From: Octopus vulgaris
Lineage: Eukaryota
Assembly: GCA_951406725.2 (NCBI GenBank)
Contig: OX597823.1
Span: forward strand, 38,212,001-38,460,000
DNA length: 248,000 nucleotides
Direction of reading: 5' to 3'
Shown: one piece after another, positions 148,401-163,600 of the stretch
How positions within the stretch are numbered: the first letter of the stretch is position 1
Layout: every line of letters begins with the position of its first letter
Notes under the pieces: generated by a model
What the model saw: only the letters and a program-made list of their open reading frames with translations
Told to the model about the DNA's origin: nothing
Databases searched by the model: none
Made by a program: the position numbers and the translations under genes

Positions 148401-150824
148401 TATTTTGTAAAATGAAGCCTAAAAGGCATTAAGGCATTCAAGGCACCGTTCCCTTGCATGCATGGAGAAAATCTATGACAGTCAAAGTGCATTTTCTGGT
148501 TTTGTTTAGCACACCCAACCCAGTTCTGCGGGATCAGTGTCACGACAGGAACGCATGGGTTGGGAGTTTGACAGGCAGAGGTGATAAGGTTGCACATGCC
148601 GGCTCTTTTGACACCGCCCCCCCCCCCGAACCCAAATTGGGTTCAGACCACAGCTAAGCCTTACCTAATCCTAACTTAAGTCTAGCGAAAGAGGACTTGG
148701 GAGCCTCTAGTAGGCAACGACTAATCCCGATCTGGTCCTTTCCCTTTAGGGAATGAAGGCGCTCTCGCTGTGAAGTTAAAAAAACATTCCTGCCAATTTG
148801 TTAAAGATATTGTCGAAAATATGTCATCTTGAATTTGAATGCAATTTCTCAAAATGGCATGATTTTATCGATTTTTTCTGATCGTAAGGCATTGCATGGA
148901 AAACTAACGTCAGAATTAAGTTCCTTAGGGTAACATTAAGCTTCACCATGAGTTTGGTGAAAATCGATTGCAAGTTGCGAAAACTACAACGGAAAATGTG
149001 TTGCATATGATAAGCTTAGATTCTTGACCCCATGTCGAATCTATCGATTTTTTTCAGAACTGGGGGCTCTTTTCAAAATTTTTGCTGCGTTAGTTTTGAA
149101 TTATGACATTGGGCTATGTGTGTGTCAAGTTTCATCAGAATCGGTTGAAAGTCGTGGTCAGGGTGAGGGTACAACCTGACAGACAGACACACAGACAGAC
149201 AAACTGCCATTTATATATATAGAGATATACAATATTTTTTGACACATTGTTGGTAATTTTGATAACAATCACTATTCACTATGGAAAAACAAAGAGAAGT
149301 GAACCAGCACTTTCTCATGGTCAGTTGTATGTGGCTTGTTCTCGAGTGTGTTCATTTCTTGATGTAAAGATGAAAATAAAAGATAACTTGCTAGGAAGAG
149401 GCAGTCACAGTTGTATAACAATGTAGTTTTCAAAGACATTATTTCCTAAAACAACACCTTCAGTACTACCTATGCAGAATTTACACCAGCTCATGAATCA
149501 AATGCTTCAGACTGAAAATTTAAAAAATAGGTATTCTACGAAATCTTGAAATTTTCATAATAACTGTGAAGTTCTTCCTGTGCAGATTAGCAAAAGTATT
149601 GGAATGGCAGACAAAACGCTATTTATTCTGGTTTGCATTCTAAGTTTAGTTTCCCTTGTGGCCTACAGTGATAGTTTAACACCATCATCTAGTCTCTGGT
149701 ATCTTTAGTGGGGTCCACTATGTTGCAAGTATTTGGGCCAGGTTTGGGATTTGTGGATATATTCTTCCCTACTTACATTACTCTCAGAGGTCCTGGAAAG
149801 CATTATGGACACTACCCTTCCCTTTGACTAAGTGATTAAAAAATGATTGCTGTTTTAGACTAAGAAATTGATTTCATTTACTCATATCTGTTTACTTATT
149901 CCACAATAAATGTTTTCAGTTAAAACAAATGAAAATATTAATGTTGTGTATATTTATAGAAACCATTATTTCTACAAACATCATAAAATGATAAACTGCA
150001 TTACTTAAGTGCATTATGTTATTTCCCATATAAGCTTAAGATAAAGGAAAAAACAACCAAACAAAAAACTTATGAAGTGCGTTACTTAAAACAACATATT
150101 AAGTAGTTGTCTCTTGGTCAATGTTGTTACACAGACACTATACTGAATATGTAGAAATATATTTGTTGTATGTAAGATAAGAACCTGTATTTAGTGGAAT
150201 TGCTTAGATCACAATGAATATGGAAACTTCAATTTCATCCAAAAGACAGTTTAATTAAAGAATTGTAGGTTAGAGTGTTCACTAAATTATACAAAAGGGG
150301 AAAAAATGATAGAATATGTACAATGTTGTTCCTTGAAGACATTTCATTTTTACCTCTGTTGTGAAAAACAGCTACAAAAGAAATTCCCTTTATGTGTATT
150401 ACCTTAGATTTATATAAAAAATCATGTCTCTTCCATAATCCTTATTCAGTGATATGTGAGTGTGTGTGTTTAAACTGGTGTTCTCATATTTTTAAAGAAA
150501 TATTTGACAGGCAACTTAGTTAATAGTTATTAAGTTTCAGTAACTGTGTAGAAATGCAAAAATATAGCAGTTGATCCATTCTTTGAAACCTACAGATTTA
150601 TAATGTTGTTTGCAATTGCAATCATCTTATAATTTCTTTTTTCCACGACTTTAGGGATAAATGTTTTATTAGAGTTAGTTGAATGATTTTTAACGATTAG
150701 AATTGAAATGTTAAGCTTGGAGGAATTAATTTTTATTTTAAATTTTGTAGCTGTAATTATAAAATTGATGGAAATGCTTTGCTTCAAATTTTGAAGTAGG
150801 GTTCTTACATTGTTTAGGAATTAC

Positions 150825-150923
<99 letters not shown>

Positions 150924-153315
150924 TAGTTGGCAGTAAAAAAGGTTTTGTGTGTGTGTTTCATGATGATTCTATTGGATTTAGGAATGAATTGTAAAGGTTA
151001 TAAAGAGTTGAAAAATAATGCTAAGTAGGCTTGTGGTTGTCTGCTTTTTTCCTTTTCTCTCCATGAAAAATATTCAAATGTATTAACCTAAGAATCGGTT
151101 TTAAACAGAGATGCATCTACAACTTCCACTAGCTCAATATATGAGCACTATTTCTAGGTCTAAGCTGGAACTTCTGAAATTCATAAAAGTACTTGAGTGC
151201 TAAGGAGGTAATTTGATTATCATTTAAATGATCTTGGTAAAATTTTGTTCCAACCTAAGCCATCTTGAGGAAGAAAAGAAAGAAAAAAAGTTTTTTAAGT
151301 GAAAATATAAACACCTGCAAATAAAACATAAATTGTTCCCCTGCTGGATATCTGTGTTGGCTTTGATTTTCAAATAACTAAAACCTAATGTTTTACTTAT
151401 TAACAAAATAGAATGTTATAGCATTTTATATTTTAACTGGAACATATCAATAAGATACCTGGAGAATATTAATAAGAAGTGGGTAGTTAATAATAAATTA
151501 ACTCTTAAAACTCTTATAAGAGTTGTCACCATCATCGTTTTATTTATCATCCATTTTGCCATAAAAGAACCACATTGTGGAATATCACCACTGCACTCAG
151601 TTCTATGTAATTTGTAACATTCAACATTCTGAGGACCATTATTATAACTTTTTACATATCTTACTATACTTTTTTATATTGTTCTTCTCTTCTTCCATCA
151701 GTTAATACCTTTTTATATCCAGCCGCTCTCTTAGGATGTCAGCATAAATGAAAGTTGGGTGAGCAAAGTGCAACATGTCTCATTCAACTTCAGTCTAGTC
151801 TCTACAGATCCTTAGCATTGAATATTTTTTTTTAAATGATTCATAGTCTATCGTGAATTTGTCTCCAGTAAAATCATATTTTGTCAGTTATGGTAAAAGA
151901 TTAAAATAAGTTTTATATTCCAATGAAAGTGTTTTATTCTAGTAGTCTATCTTAGATTTAATGAAGCAAATCATTACAGTGACAGCTTCATAGTGTTTCT
152001 AATTATACTTGTGACACTTGTTGCTCATATATTATGTTTTCCTCACAGAAATGAGGAAGATTTGTGTGTGTTTGTGTGTGAGATGTAAAAATGATATCAA
152101 ACCAACCAAGTGAAGTAACAAAAATAGTGTATTTGGCACTAATTGTATGCTTTACCCTTGTAATGCTTACCCAGAAAAAAAAGATTCTGTTCTAAATGTT
152201 GAACAAAACATAGTAAAATTTATTGAAGTACAAAATGATGCAACATAGAAACAACAAATTCAGTAAAATTCATTACTATAATTATACTTTAACATCTTCA
152301 TTGATTATTAATTATAATGTCATATGAAAGGAGGTCTCAGATATTTACTTTGCAAATATTTAATGATGAAATGAACTGGAAAATTTGTTTATCAGAGTTG
152401 AACTTGAGCATTTTTAAATAATTGTGATAACTTAGTTTTATACTTTTCTTTGCTGTTCTTCTTCATGACATATATTTGTGATGTCTACAGATACAGGGGT
152501 TTGGGGTGTTGTATGTTGTCTACATCACCTATAATGGATGTCACCTATCTTTTTATAATCATTGGGTACCTATATTACTTATATTTCTTTTTCTTAGTAA
152601 TTGGACTCAGTATAATAAATTTATGTCAAATACCTAATAATTTTCTATCTCTTTTTTTATTACACAAATACAAACTGTTACAAGTTGGCCTCACGTAAAA
152701 AACACCATTCGAGCGTGATCATTACCAGCATTGCCTTACTGGCACTTGTGCTGGAGGCACGTGAAAAAAATATTCGAGCGAGGTCATTGCCAGTGCCGCT
152801 GGACTGGCTCCTGTGCAGGTGGCACATAAAAAGTACCATTTGAGCGTGGCCGTTGCTAGTACCGCCTGACTGGCCCTCGTGCCGGTGGCACGTAAAAGCA
152901 CCCACTACACTCTTGGAGTGGTTGGTGTTAGGAAGGGCATCTAGCTGTAGAAACTCTGCCAGATTAGATTGGAGTCTGGTGCAGCCATCTGGTTCACCAG
153001 ACCTCAGTCAAATCGTCCAACCCATGCTAGCATGGAAGGCGGATGTTAAACGATGTTGATGATGATGATGATGATGATGATTTATGTTCAGAGTTCAAAT
153101 TCTGTTATGGTTAACCTTGCCTTTCATTCTTTTGAGGTTGATATAATAATCACCAGTTGAACACTGGGGTTAATGTAATCAACCACCTCCTACCCCAAAA
153201 TTGCTGGTCTTGTGCCAAAATTTGAAACCAATATACATACATAATATATATTTTTTTCTTTTCTTTATTTTCAGTTATGTGGAAATATTTTTGATTACTA
153301 GCAATAATAGCAACC

Positions 153316-153438
153316 ATGTCTCTAACTGACAGTGTTGAAGACAAACTTTCTGATCAGAAGGCATCTCCTGCTAGGAGTAGAGAAAGGTTATCCACCCCAG
153401 AGAAACGTCTGCATTTCAGACATAGTGAATCTGAAACG
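153316..153438 (+). CDS. First coding exon of an unidentified host gene (MSLTDSVEDKLSDQKASPARSRERLSTPEKRLHFRHSESET)
   Basis: Pyrimidine-rich acceptor ttttctttattttcag|153275, in-frame upstream TGA, Kozak-like GCAACCATG, phase-0 donor ACG|gtaagc; non-repetitive sequence. Confidence 0.65.
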
Positions 153439-154047
153439 GTAAGCATATTTATTACTTAACAATTAAATTTATGAAAGAAAATGACTTTAATGCTTGTTAA
153501 AAGTTCTAAATTAAGCGGAAATAACTGAAGATGGCTAATGGTATGAATTTAGATAAATCCGTTAAGGAGTAATTTACTGAAACACTGCCTGTTTGTTGAA
153601 TAAAGAAAATGAAACTTATAAGTAGTTGTTTTAATTAGAAATTCAGAATAAATTTCTCAAAAATATTAATTTACATACTTAGGAAAATATCTGATATTCA
153701 TTTTCAGGTAAGGAACATGTTTAAGTCTTATTGGACCTCATCAGTAAAGAATAGTTAAACTTGAGTCTGCTTTTAATAATTTGTATGATCAGAAAATGTG
153801 AGCCAAGGGAAATAACTTAATGAATGATGTAGGTAAAATAACATTTTGGTATGTCATTTCAGTACATCACACCTATGTTAGGTAGCCTTTCAGAGTGTAC
153901 CAATCTGACTCTGTGTGTGTGTGTGTGTGTGAGTCTCGCTATCTTGTGCATGTCTTATGTATCTGAGTGTGTTTCTGAGTATTACCTATCAGTTTGTATG
154001 TAACTGATTATCCAACCAACCAACCAGCCAACCAACCAACCAACCAA

Positions 154048-154078
<31 letters not shown>

Positions 154079-154711
154079 ACCAGCCAGCCAGCCAGCCATC
154101 CATCCATCCATCAATCTGTCTGATTGTTAATGTGTTTGTCTTCTTCTATGAAATTCTCCCTCTGTATCTATATGCTGATGTCTGACTTTCTGTGTGTTAA
154201 TCTCTAAGTTTGTTCTGCTGTCTGTCTGTATGACTACTACTTTGACTTACTTAGTATGTGAGTGACAGAGAGGGGGTGAATTAGATCATGTTTAAACTGT
154301 TGGATTAATATTAATCCAAAGACTTTTAGTTCAATTTCTGCTCGAGGTATTTTTTTAGCAAAGGCAAATAATGATTTTGGTCAACCTTATTTAACAACTG
154401 CATCTGTCTGTTCTTGACAGTTGCATGAAAGAAGGGTGTACTGCTATTTAACAATGAAGATACATATTTCAAATCATTTAAATTAAATAAACACACATAA
154501 AAAATATACTCTAAGCTGTGTGAATGTGTTATTGTTTCATTATGTCTCTATGTTAATGAATTATGAAAATATATTATCTATAACTAAATTTTATCAACCA
154601 GCTTCACAGCCTGATGGAGATGAATGACATGATGCTGTATCTATTTCTATTTGTTAAATTTCTTTCTCTCTTTCACACACATACACACATACACACACAC
154701 ATACACACATA

Positions 154712-154880
154712 TGCACATATATGATCATGTAAACAAAACAGAGTATATAACTGATAGTTTCACATAAGTCCCCTTAAACCTATGGTCATCATGTGTGCCT
154801 GCTTGGATTAGGTTTAAGGGGACTTATGTGAAACTATCAGTTATATACTCTGTTTTGTTTACATGATCATATATGTGCGT
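154712..154880. repeat. Hairpin with ~70-bp arms
   Basis: atatgatcatgtaaacaaaacagagtatataactgatagtttcacataagtccccttaaaccta / reverse complement at 154808-154878. Confidence 0.9.
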
Positions 154881-157800
154881 ATGTGTGTGTGTGTGTCTGT
154901 GTGGATGAGGAGTGTTCAATACATGTTGTAGAGGCTATAATTTTGTTTTTATTGTAACTGAAATTGGGATTCTCTCATGATTTGAGTTTCACTATTGCAA
155001 TCACTGTTTTTACCTAAAGATTGCAGTAGTGTGAAACTTGTGAGACAAACTTGCAGTTTCAATAAAAGCAAATACAAACACACACACATTTCACACACAT
155101 ATTTATGTATATCCAAACATGCAAAAACATTCCTCTCTTGAGAAATTATTTTGTTTTGTCTTTTTATATTGTTTGAATTTGGCTGGTAAGATTTGTAGAA
155201 ATAGGCTTGTAGCATTGGAAATTGTAATACCTCCACTTCAACCTATGAACTATAAGAGATAAGAAATACCCGAAATACTGGGAGTAGTACAGAAGTGCAG
155301 GCATAGATGTGTCATTAAAAAGACCACTTTGGAATCATTTGGTTCTGGGTTCATTCCTGTCAAGTAGACACTATCAGTCAGTATCTTTTACTGTAGTCAC
155401 ATGTTGCCCAATGCTTTGTGAGTAAAATTTGGTACACAGAAACTCTAAGAAGCCCATTGTGTGTACATGCACACACCACATATATGTGTTTCTGTCTCCT
155501 TGTCTTGACATGTGCACACTAAGTGTAAATAAAGTAACCCTCATACAAATGTTGCTTGTTATCAAATCTCTATAAAAATATGTCTGTTCAATGAGCTGTT
155601 CGTCTTTCAAAAGTGTACAGGAAACATTTCCTTACTTGGAAACATGTCAGCTATAGAAATATCTGCCTTTGTCTAACCCATATAAGTATAGAAAACTGGC
155701 AGTTAAAACAATGATGAGGACCATGATGATAATGATGATAATGATGATGATGATGATGATGATGCAGGTGTGGATGGTAATAGTAGATTACAAAATTAAA
155801 CATTAGAGTATTTAGGGGGTTCCTCCTTTATCCAAAGTTGAAAGCTTGCTATGATTAATAAAATGTAAGCCAAGCATGTATTGGGTATTAATTTAATTTA
155901 TTTTTATCCTTTCCTGACAAATCTGTACCCTTAAACCAATATAAGAAATTATTCTTGTGAAACACAAAAGGTGACCAAAACCATAGATTCCATAATTAGA
156001 TGTCTTGTAACATGTATTTCTGTACCTTTGTTTCCTTAGTTCAAATTCTACCAAGGTCAACTTCAACTTTCAGTCATCTTCTTGCTGTCAATGCAATCAT
156101 ATGTCTCCTAAAAATTTGTGTTCTTGTCCCAATCTAAGAAGCCATAATTATAAATTTGGTGCAATGGGACATGGTCTAACTTCCCTATTTTTAGTTTTGT
156201 TTCTATATACATTCAGTGAAAATTCTCCTGGGGTCATTTTTGCCTTTCATCTTACTAGGATACCTCTATAAATTTATAGCCTAATACCAAACAAAATTGG
156301 TAGAGTACTCATCAAAATGCCTTGTGATATTTACTTATATTGCTGTAAGTTGCGAGTTCAAATCTCAGTCAGATAAAACTTTGTCTTCTTTGTCTTTGGT
156401 TTTCAAGTCAAACTGTGGGATTTGATTATATTGGTTGGCTATGTTCCTCTCACTAAATTTGTAGCTTTGTATTGAAGTTAATCATCTAATGACATTGAAC
156501 TTCAGAAATAGCAGCTGAATTCCTTTTACATTCTGAGTTCAAATCTAGCTTGTGTCAACTTTGTTAGTGATTTACATGTGGTCAATAAATTAAGTACTAG
156601 TTAAGTACTAGGTCAATATAATTGATTGTATTCTCTTTGAAAATATGTGGCTTTGTTTCTGTGTTAGAAGTAAATTTTTATGATAACTTGTAAATCCATC
156701 TACTTTTTATCTGCAGTGTAGTTAAGATTTTGGTCACATGCACATGTTGGAGTCAGTGAGTAAGCTAGTTTCATTATTTCTTACAAGAACTAGTCTCTAT
156801 CAAATATGAAGTAATTGTATTCATGTGACTTTTTTTAATTCATTCAACAGAACAAGCATTGGCATCTAAGAGACATTGACTCTTGAGGCCAGATTTTCAA
156901 TAGCTTTAATTTGAGCCAAATGCTTAATTTCTGGAAAGTTTATTATATTTTAACTCTGCTACCAATTTATAGAACACAAACCAACATTTCTCTTTTTTGT
157001 TTTTGTCTTTCTTTTTTCTGAAACATCAGACAACTTGAGGCAATATATCAAATACGCCAGTTATTGTACAGTTACACTGAGCAGACCCGTAATATGCAGG
157101 AAGTCAACCCAGTGATTAGGTGTGTCACATAGATCTAGTCTTTTACATATACCTCTCATCCACTTAATCAAGGAACATGCTGCACATTCCAACGTGCAGT
157201 GGTTAACTAATTGCATGGGGTGTAGGGTTGCAGTCCAAACCAGTTATTGTTGTTGAGTTCCAGGATCAGTACTGGATTTGAAAGAAAAGAGGTTCTACAC
157301 TATTCCATTTGTAAGTTTTTTCCTAATTCCCCTTGTTCAAGACTAGAACTATATATATACCTTGATTGGAGGCACTTGAGATTTCGAGGTTCTAGGCTTC
157401 AGCTTGCTCTGCCTATTAGTAAATCCATCACTACCCAGGTCAGCACTGATCCTGCAAACCTGTGTGATTAAAGCCAGTCCAGTAGTGACCATCTTGTCTG
157501 TTCTTTTTCAGATATAGTGCCTTTATCAAATATGTCCTTATTTTTTTTATTTCTTGGAGGTAAAGTGAAGGGCTCTCTCATAACTATATCCTGTTCCCCA
157601 ATGATTGCTTCTTTGTTCCTTGCATTTAATAAAACTTTTAGCATAGATGCTTTATTCAGATTCTCTTTCATAAGATGTGTAGATACATTCAGTTCATTAT
157701 TAACTTGAATACTATAATGACAACAATCTTTCCATCAGACAGCCTTGTATATGATTGTTCTACTGTCTTGTAATATGTATCTACTGATGTTCCTGGACTG

Positions 157801-159249
157801 CAACTGATGATATATAATAAACTGCCTCTGTTTCCACTTATAATGTGTATAGTTGTTTGATAAGCTTATGCATATTGTTGTTTGATTAATCTGGCAATAT
157901 ATATATATATATATGTTTTGAAATGCGAAGATTTGTAGCAGTGATTTGTTCAGAAAAGTCTCATTTATTCTTTGTATATATGTTAGTCTCACCATCTAAC
158001 TTAGAGGCATCTTGTGTTAATATGTGAGGATCTCATTTCTAGAAGTTTGCTTAAGTCGATCTACAAAATATCATCTTTCTCTGAGTACTTATTTAAAGCC
158101 TTTTGTTTCCATATTGCTATTGCTTCAATTAATTTTGGAAATATGAAGAATTTGATAAAACAACTTTGTCGTTATTAAGCTGATGTTTAAGACAAAATTT
158201 TGATGGAAGATTTGAATTTAGATCACTCTAAAGCAGGAAATTTGTATCAAGACTTCAGAGTAGTCTCAGGTGGTTTGTTATCAAAAGAGTTAATGAATTT
158301 AATGTTAATTAGGATGGATTTAATAGCTTCATTTATGAATAAGAGTAGGGTCATTTTGTGTTTAACTTAGGGCTGAATGTTTTTGTGTTCTGTTTTACTA
158401 ATTTCAACATGAAATGACTATTTTCAGTCTGAGGTTTATGAAAATAATGCGTTGCCATATTTAAAGGTTTGTAGTAAGAGTTGAGTTTTAGAGTTGTTCT
158501 GCTTTGAATAAAGACTTCTTCATCTGCAAAGTTTTTCTGTGGTTATTTATGATATATAACATAGGATATATAAACATGATAAGAAAATCTTAAAAGTACA
158601 GTTACTTGTCAAGAGATATAGTTTTGAGTCAAAACTTATTTTAATTAGCATATCACTTCTCAAAGAAGTAGATAACGACTGGCCATGTCTTATCTTGAAT
158701 TTCTATGATGATAATTGTTATAAATGTAAGATGATCTCCTTTATGTCCTCACTTTGTTGATTTTGAAGAGAAGGGCAATATAGTGGCACTTCTTGTTGAG
158801 ACCCTCAAGAAAATTGATTGTGAAGTGACAGCTCAGTATTGATGTCATTTTTTGACAAAATATAAATGTTGTTGGTACTGCAGTAGTAGCTCTTGTAAAG
158901 CTCATGTCACATGAGGGAAATGGGCAAACATTTCTAGCATAACATTTTGAAATGATACTAGTTGAGGCTAAGATGTACAAGTTATTTAACCAGGACAAAG
159001 AGAAATGTATTACTAAACTTTATTTCATAGAATTGACTATAAAAGCCGTACATAGAAGTAGCTGCGGGCTTGACAACACGCAAGATGAAATGAATGAAAA
159101 ATAATTTATGAAATTGGTGAGGGAAGACAGACGACGCCCACTGATTGCTGCTTCCCGAAAACATTGTTCTTTTTACAACAACCAAATTGAGGTTATAAAA
159201 CTCTTAGTTTTATTCCTTTTGGATGCAAGGTCCTTAAAAATGAGGTACT

Positions 159250-160660
159250 AAGCCTCTTACATTTTTCATAAATGGGCCATATGCCCCCACAATATGAGGC
159301 ACTAAAAGCCTCTTAACTTTTTCTGTTATTTTCCAGTCTGCTGGTACCCAACCAGGCTCAATGCCTCACTCAAGCACCTCGATGGTGCTAGATCGAGGTG
159401 CTTCAGCAGGAAGCAAAAATGTGTCTTCGGGGAAGGAGTTCATCACCTTACACAAATCAGTTTCCCACACGACCTCTGCAGCTACCTGTGAAGGCCAATT
159501 AGGGTCCTTAGTGCAGGTTAGAACCCCTCCCCTCCGACCTTCTTTAGCAAACTTTTTAATAAAATCCTGAACTGTCCCTCCCTTGTGGAATAAGACTAAA
159601 AATGGCCTGGTTCCAGGTACAGGTAACACTTGTTGGGGGCGTCCCTCAAGTATCACCAGATACCTGTTACCAGCCTTAGTAAAAAAATCTGGGAAAACTA
159701 GATTTCTTGCAGCTGATTGGGTCCACATGGTCAAAGCAGCTTTTGACCCAACCCAATCAGCTGAGGGCAACATTTTCACATTTAGCAGCTTGGATCTGCT
159801 GCCACTCAGACCCCAGTGGATAGTATCTTCTATCCACTTGGATTCCATTCCAGGTGGCAACCCACAGATCCAAGCTCTTGTCAACTTCTTCCACAATATT
159901 TCCTGCCCCTACAAGGGCTGGCTCACAAACCTGCAAGCCTCCTCAGGGGTGTCAAACAACAGCCACACCATTGCATATTTGGCACACCTGGAAATAAATC
160001 TTATGGTTGGTAGATACTCTGCCAACTCTTTTTCAATTTCTATTTTTTTGAAAACGGCAATGGTGTCGAATGACTTTGAGTATGTCCTCAACACCACCAT
160101 CCTCTCCTCAAAGTCTTTCACCAACTCTTTTGGTGGGACAATTTCCCACTCCAAAACAGTGTCAATTTTCTTTCCATGTTTAGAAGAAAAGTTTTTAATA
160201 ATGTTCAAAAAGTACAAAAAAGACAAAAAAGAAAAGAAGGAAGAAGGAAAGAAGACAGTTCAAAAACACAGCGAACATGATTCCGGCCAACTGGTACTCC
160301 ACTTGTAATCCAGGAGTACAACAACAGGAACACAGCTCCACAAATTTCACCAAAAGTTGGTGAAAAAATTTCACAAATTTTTTTGGAGGCAGGATATGCC
160401 CCCAAATCAACACACTTATCATATCTAAGTGAGACACTTAACACAACTACAGGCAGACAAATGCCTGGAATCCAGTAGGGATTTCTTGTTTGAAAAAATA
160501 AACAACAAGCAACAAACCTCCACTGAATCCCAAAAAACAAATGCCTTACCTTATAGTTGCGCTTCAACAATTCATGATGCTGCACACCAATGTCGTGACA
160601 CCATTTAGTGAAAGAAAAACACTGACACGCGCATGCGAAGCAAGCGAGCTACTTACCACA
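159250..160660 (-). pseudogene. Tx1/L1-clade 5' UTR plus ORF1 (RRM-like region and zinc knuckle), lacking ORF2
   Basis: ORFs 159909-160226 and 159366-159896; YLVILEGRPQQ is followed, after a frameshift, by CYLYLEPGHF (decayed CCHC knuckle); CpG-rich 5' end. Confidence 0.65.
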
Positions 160661-163600
160661 CCTTCTAAACTTTGATACCAGGTAGGTGTGGTTTCTTTAT
160701 CAAACTGTTATGTGTACAGACGATGTGGAATAATCAGAATGATTTCATAAAAGCTGGACTCAAAACATTTGTTAATTTTACATATGTGGTGGAGGTGGCA
160801 GAATTGTTAGTTGTGCCAGGTGAAATACTTAGTGGCATTTTGCCTGTCTTTATATTCTGAGTTCAAATTTCATTGAGGTTGACTATGCCTTTCATCCTTT
160901 TGGGATTGATAAAATAAGTACCAGTTGAGCCCTGGGGTCAATGTGAACAACTTACCCCTCCCCTGAACTTGCTGCTTTTATGCCAAAATTTGAAACCAAT
161001 TTTACATACATGGTGACAATCCCTTTTCTCAACTGCATCAAAGGAGCAAGGCAGGATTTGTTGGCTGATATCTTTCCCTAGCACTACAGTGACATTGCTG
161101 ATAAAATGACGGACACTATTATCAAATATGAGGTAGAGTAGATTTATGTAGAAATGGAGGACAGTGTTCCACAAAGAGATTTTGATCATCTTCTTTTGGG
161201 AGGGATGTCTCTTCAGGATCTGAAAGCAATAGAATTGCAATACAATTGTGAATATTGAAGCATTGACCTTGTTGCTGCACCAGTAACTCCTCTCCATACA
161301 TTAATTGCAGACTAAATTTAGTGAGGTAATTAAGTAAGAGTTATTTTGCTTCCCAGTCAGTCCATCATTGAAACTGGCTGCTCAAAGCAAAGGAGATGAA
161401 AGATGAACTTTATGCTCACTGATGGGCTTGTTAGTGATGTTGAGCAGCCAACTACTTGCTGTATTCAAACATTTAGATACCATGGAGGTGACATGGAGCA
161501 ACAAATAGAAACAGAAGGTTAGTTGTGGAAAAACCAGGGTAAAAAAAGATAACTGAGGGTCATTTGTTGACCAACTTCTGTTAATTGTAAAAAAAAAAAA
161601 AACCCCAAAACATGCAGGTTTGTTCTATCTGCCAGTGCTTGTCTACAAAACCACTTGAAATAAGAAAGCCAATACCAGTGAATCACATGTCTGCAGGGAC
161701 TTTTACAAATTCAACAAATTGTCTACCTAACAGATCTTTGGGGATGACTACCTAGCAGAAGAGAGTAGTGTTACTGTGTGAGGGTAAAATAATGATAGAA
161801 TTGACAGGATCCAGTACCATTGTTCAAAAGTCATAGGTGATCTCTCATGGAGAACTTGTGTTCCAACCCAACCGTTGCTGTCATCTGGAATGTGAGCAGT
161901 CACAGAGTATGGTATATTGTCTTTTTATGTATTGATATAAAGGGGACAGAGCCTTTCAGGTAGACTGCTTGATGCATACTGGTATTGGTCATAAACTTTA
162001 GCGGCAGCCACCTGGTACTGATGATACCTAAGAAACTTTTGAGTTGCAGATTGTAACTTTTTGTTCTATGTAATGCCACTGATGTCAAAGATGTATTGTG
162101 AAACGGGCTAATTAAAGCAAGTTTTGAATCCATAAGATAATTCATGACTAATAATTATACTTTTCTATGTATAATTTTCTAATTATGTTTATGACCTTAT
162201 AAATAATCCCAGAAAGACTTTTTACTTGATGTCTTTATTCAAAGCAGAACCTATATGAAAATCTCTAAAAATCAACTGTCACTAGAAAAATTAAGGTATG
162301 GCAACACAAAAGGACACTGCACACTTTTACCATGAACCTTGGGTAAAAAATTTTATTTCGTGTTCAGATAGTTAAAATAGACCATTAGTAAAATACTCAG
162401 CCATAAGGGGAAAAAAATTATTGTGACCTCTCTATAGCTTATTCCTGTTGTATTTCTCATGTAGCTACCCCTGATTTACTTCTCAGATGCTTCCTGAACT
162501 CAAAAGTGTAAACATCTGTCATATTGCTTGGTTTTATAGCTTATATATGCTGGTGCATTGTAGAAATTGTGGTTTTTGCTATCTTCCTTCTTATAAGAAA
162601 CAGATTTTCTTGAATGGCAAATTAAGTATTCCAAATGTTTCTACTACATTTACACTATAAATGTACTCAGGATAAAGCAATTGCCATGACTTTTTGAGCT
162701 TTCTCTAGTCTTCCTAGTTTAATTTAAGTTTATTCATCTTACCAATTTATGAGTTATATTAGTTTTGGATAGGTTGCGTTCTAGTGTGAAAATTCTTGAT
162801 CAAGTTGTTTGCAAGGTCAGATATTTTGACTCTATGTTGCTGATGTATAATAGATATTTTGACTCCATGTTGCTGATGTATAATAGATATTTTGACTCCA
162901 TGTTGCTGATGTATAATATGTATGTGGTATGAGGGCACATACATATCCTTTCTTAATGAATTATATCGATTGTACTTTTTTTAGAAATTATTGTACCAGA
163001 CCAAATATCATAGATGTTATTTCATAATATTCCTCTGGAAAGATTTTTGTTGCATGAAGAGATAATTGTTCAATGATTGTAAATTAAAGACAAGATATGT
163101 TTAAAAATAAGTGCTATGTATAAATGCTTGTTTACAAAGAAGTTGTGTAAAAGGCTTATTTATAATGTTGGAACAGACTGAGTGATATGTGAGTGTGATA
163201 CAGTTAACATTGAAACAAAAATAATATATAATTGTTGGCATTTTTCTTATTCGAAATTGCATTTTAAACAAACTTTTAATTGATATTGGTATGTAAACAT
163301 TATATATTATGGAATTTCTGAAAAGAACTCTGTTACAAAGAAAGTTTTTGAAAGAATTTATAATTTATTTATGAAAATAATTTCCAATTTGCTCTTGTTT
163401 CTGTTGATGAATTTTAAAATATTTTTCAATGCAGTCAACTTGAAAATTTACTCTTATTTATTTATTTTGTTTTGAAATTGCTGAAAGATAGTATAATTGG
163501 TTACATGTTTCCAATAAGTCAATCATTTCTGAAGATGAATGATAAGGGAGTGTCCATGTAACTTGTTGCAGAACAAATATCACAAAGGATTTCATGCAGT

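Noticed and set aside
159583-160308. 241-aa plus-strand ORF
   Set aside because: Antisense shadow of the Tx1-type ORF1 on the minus strand.
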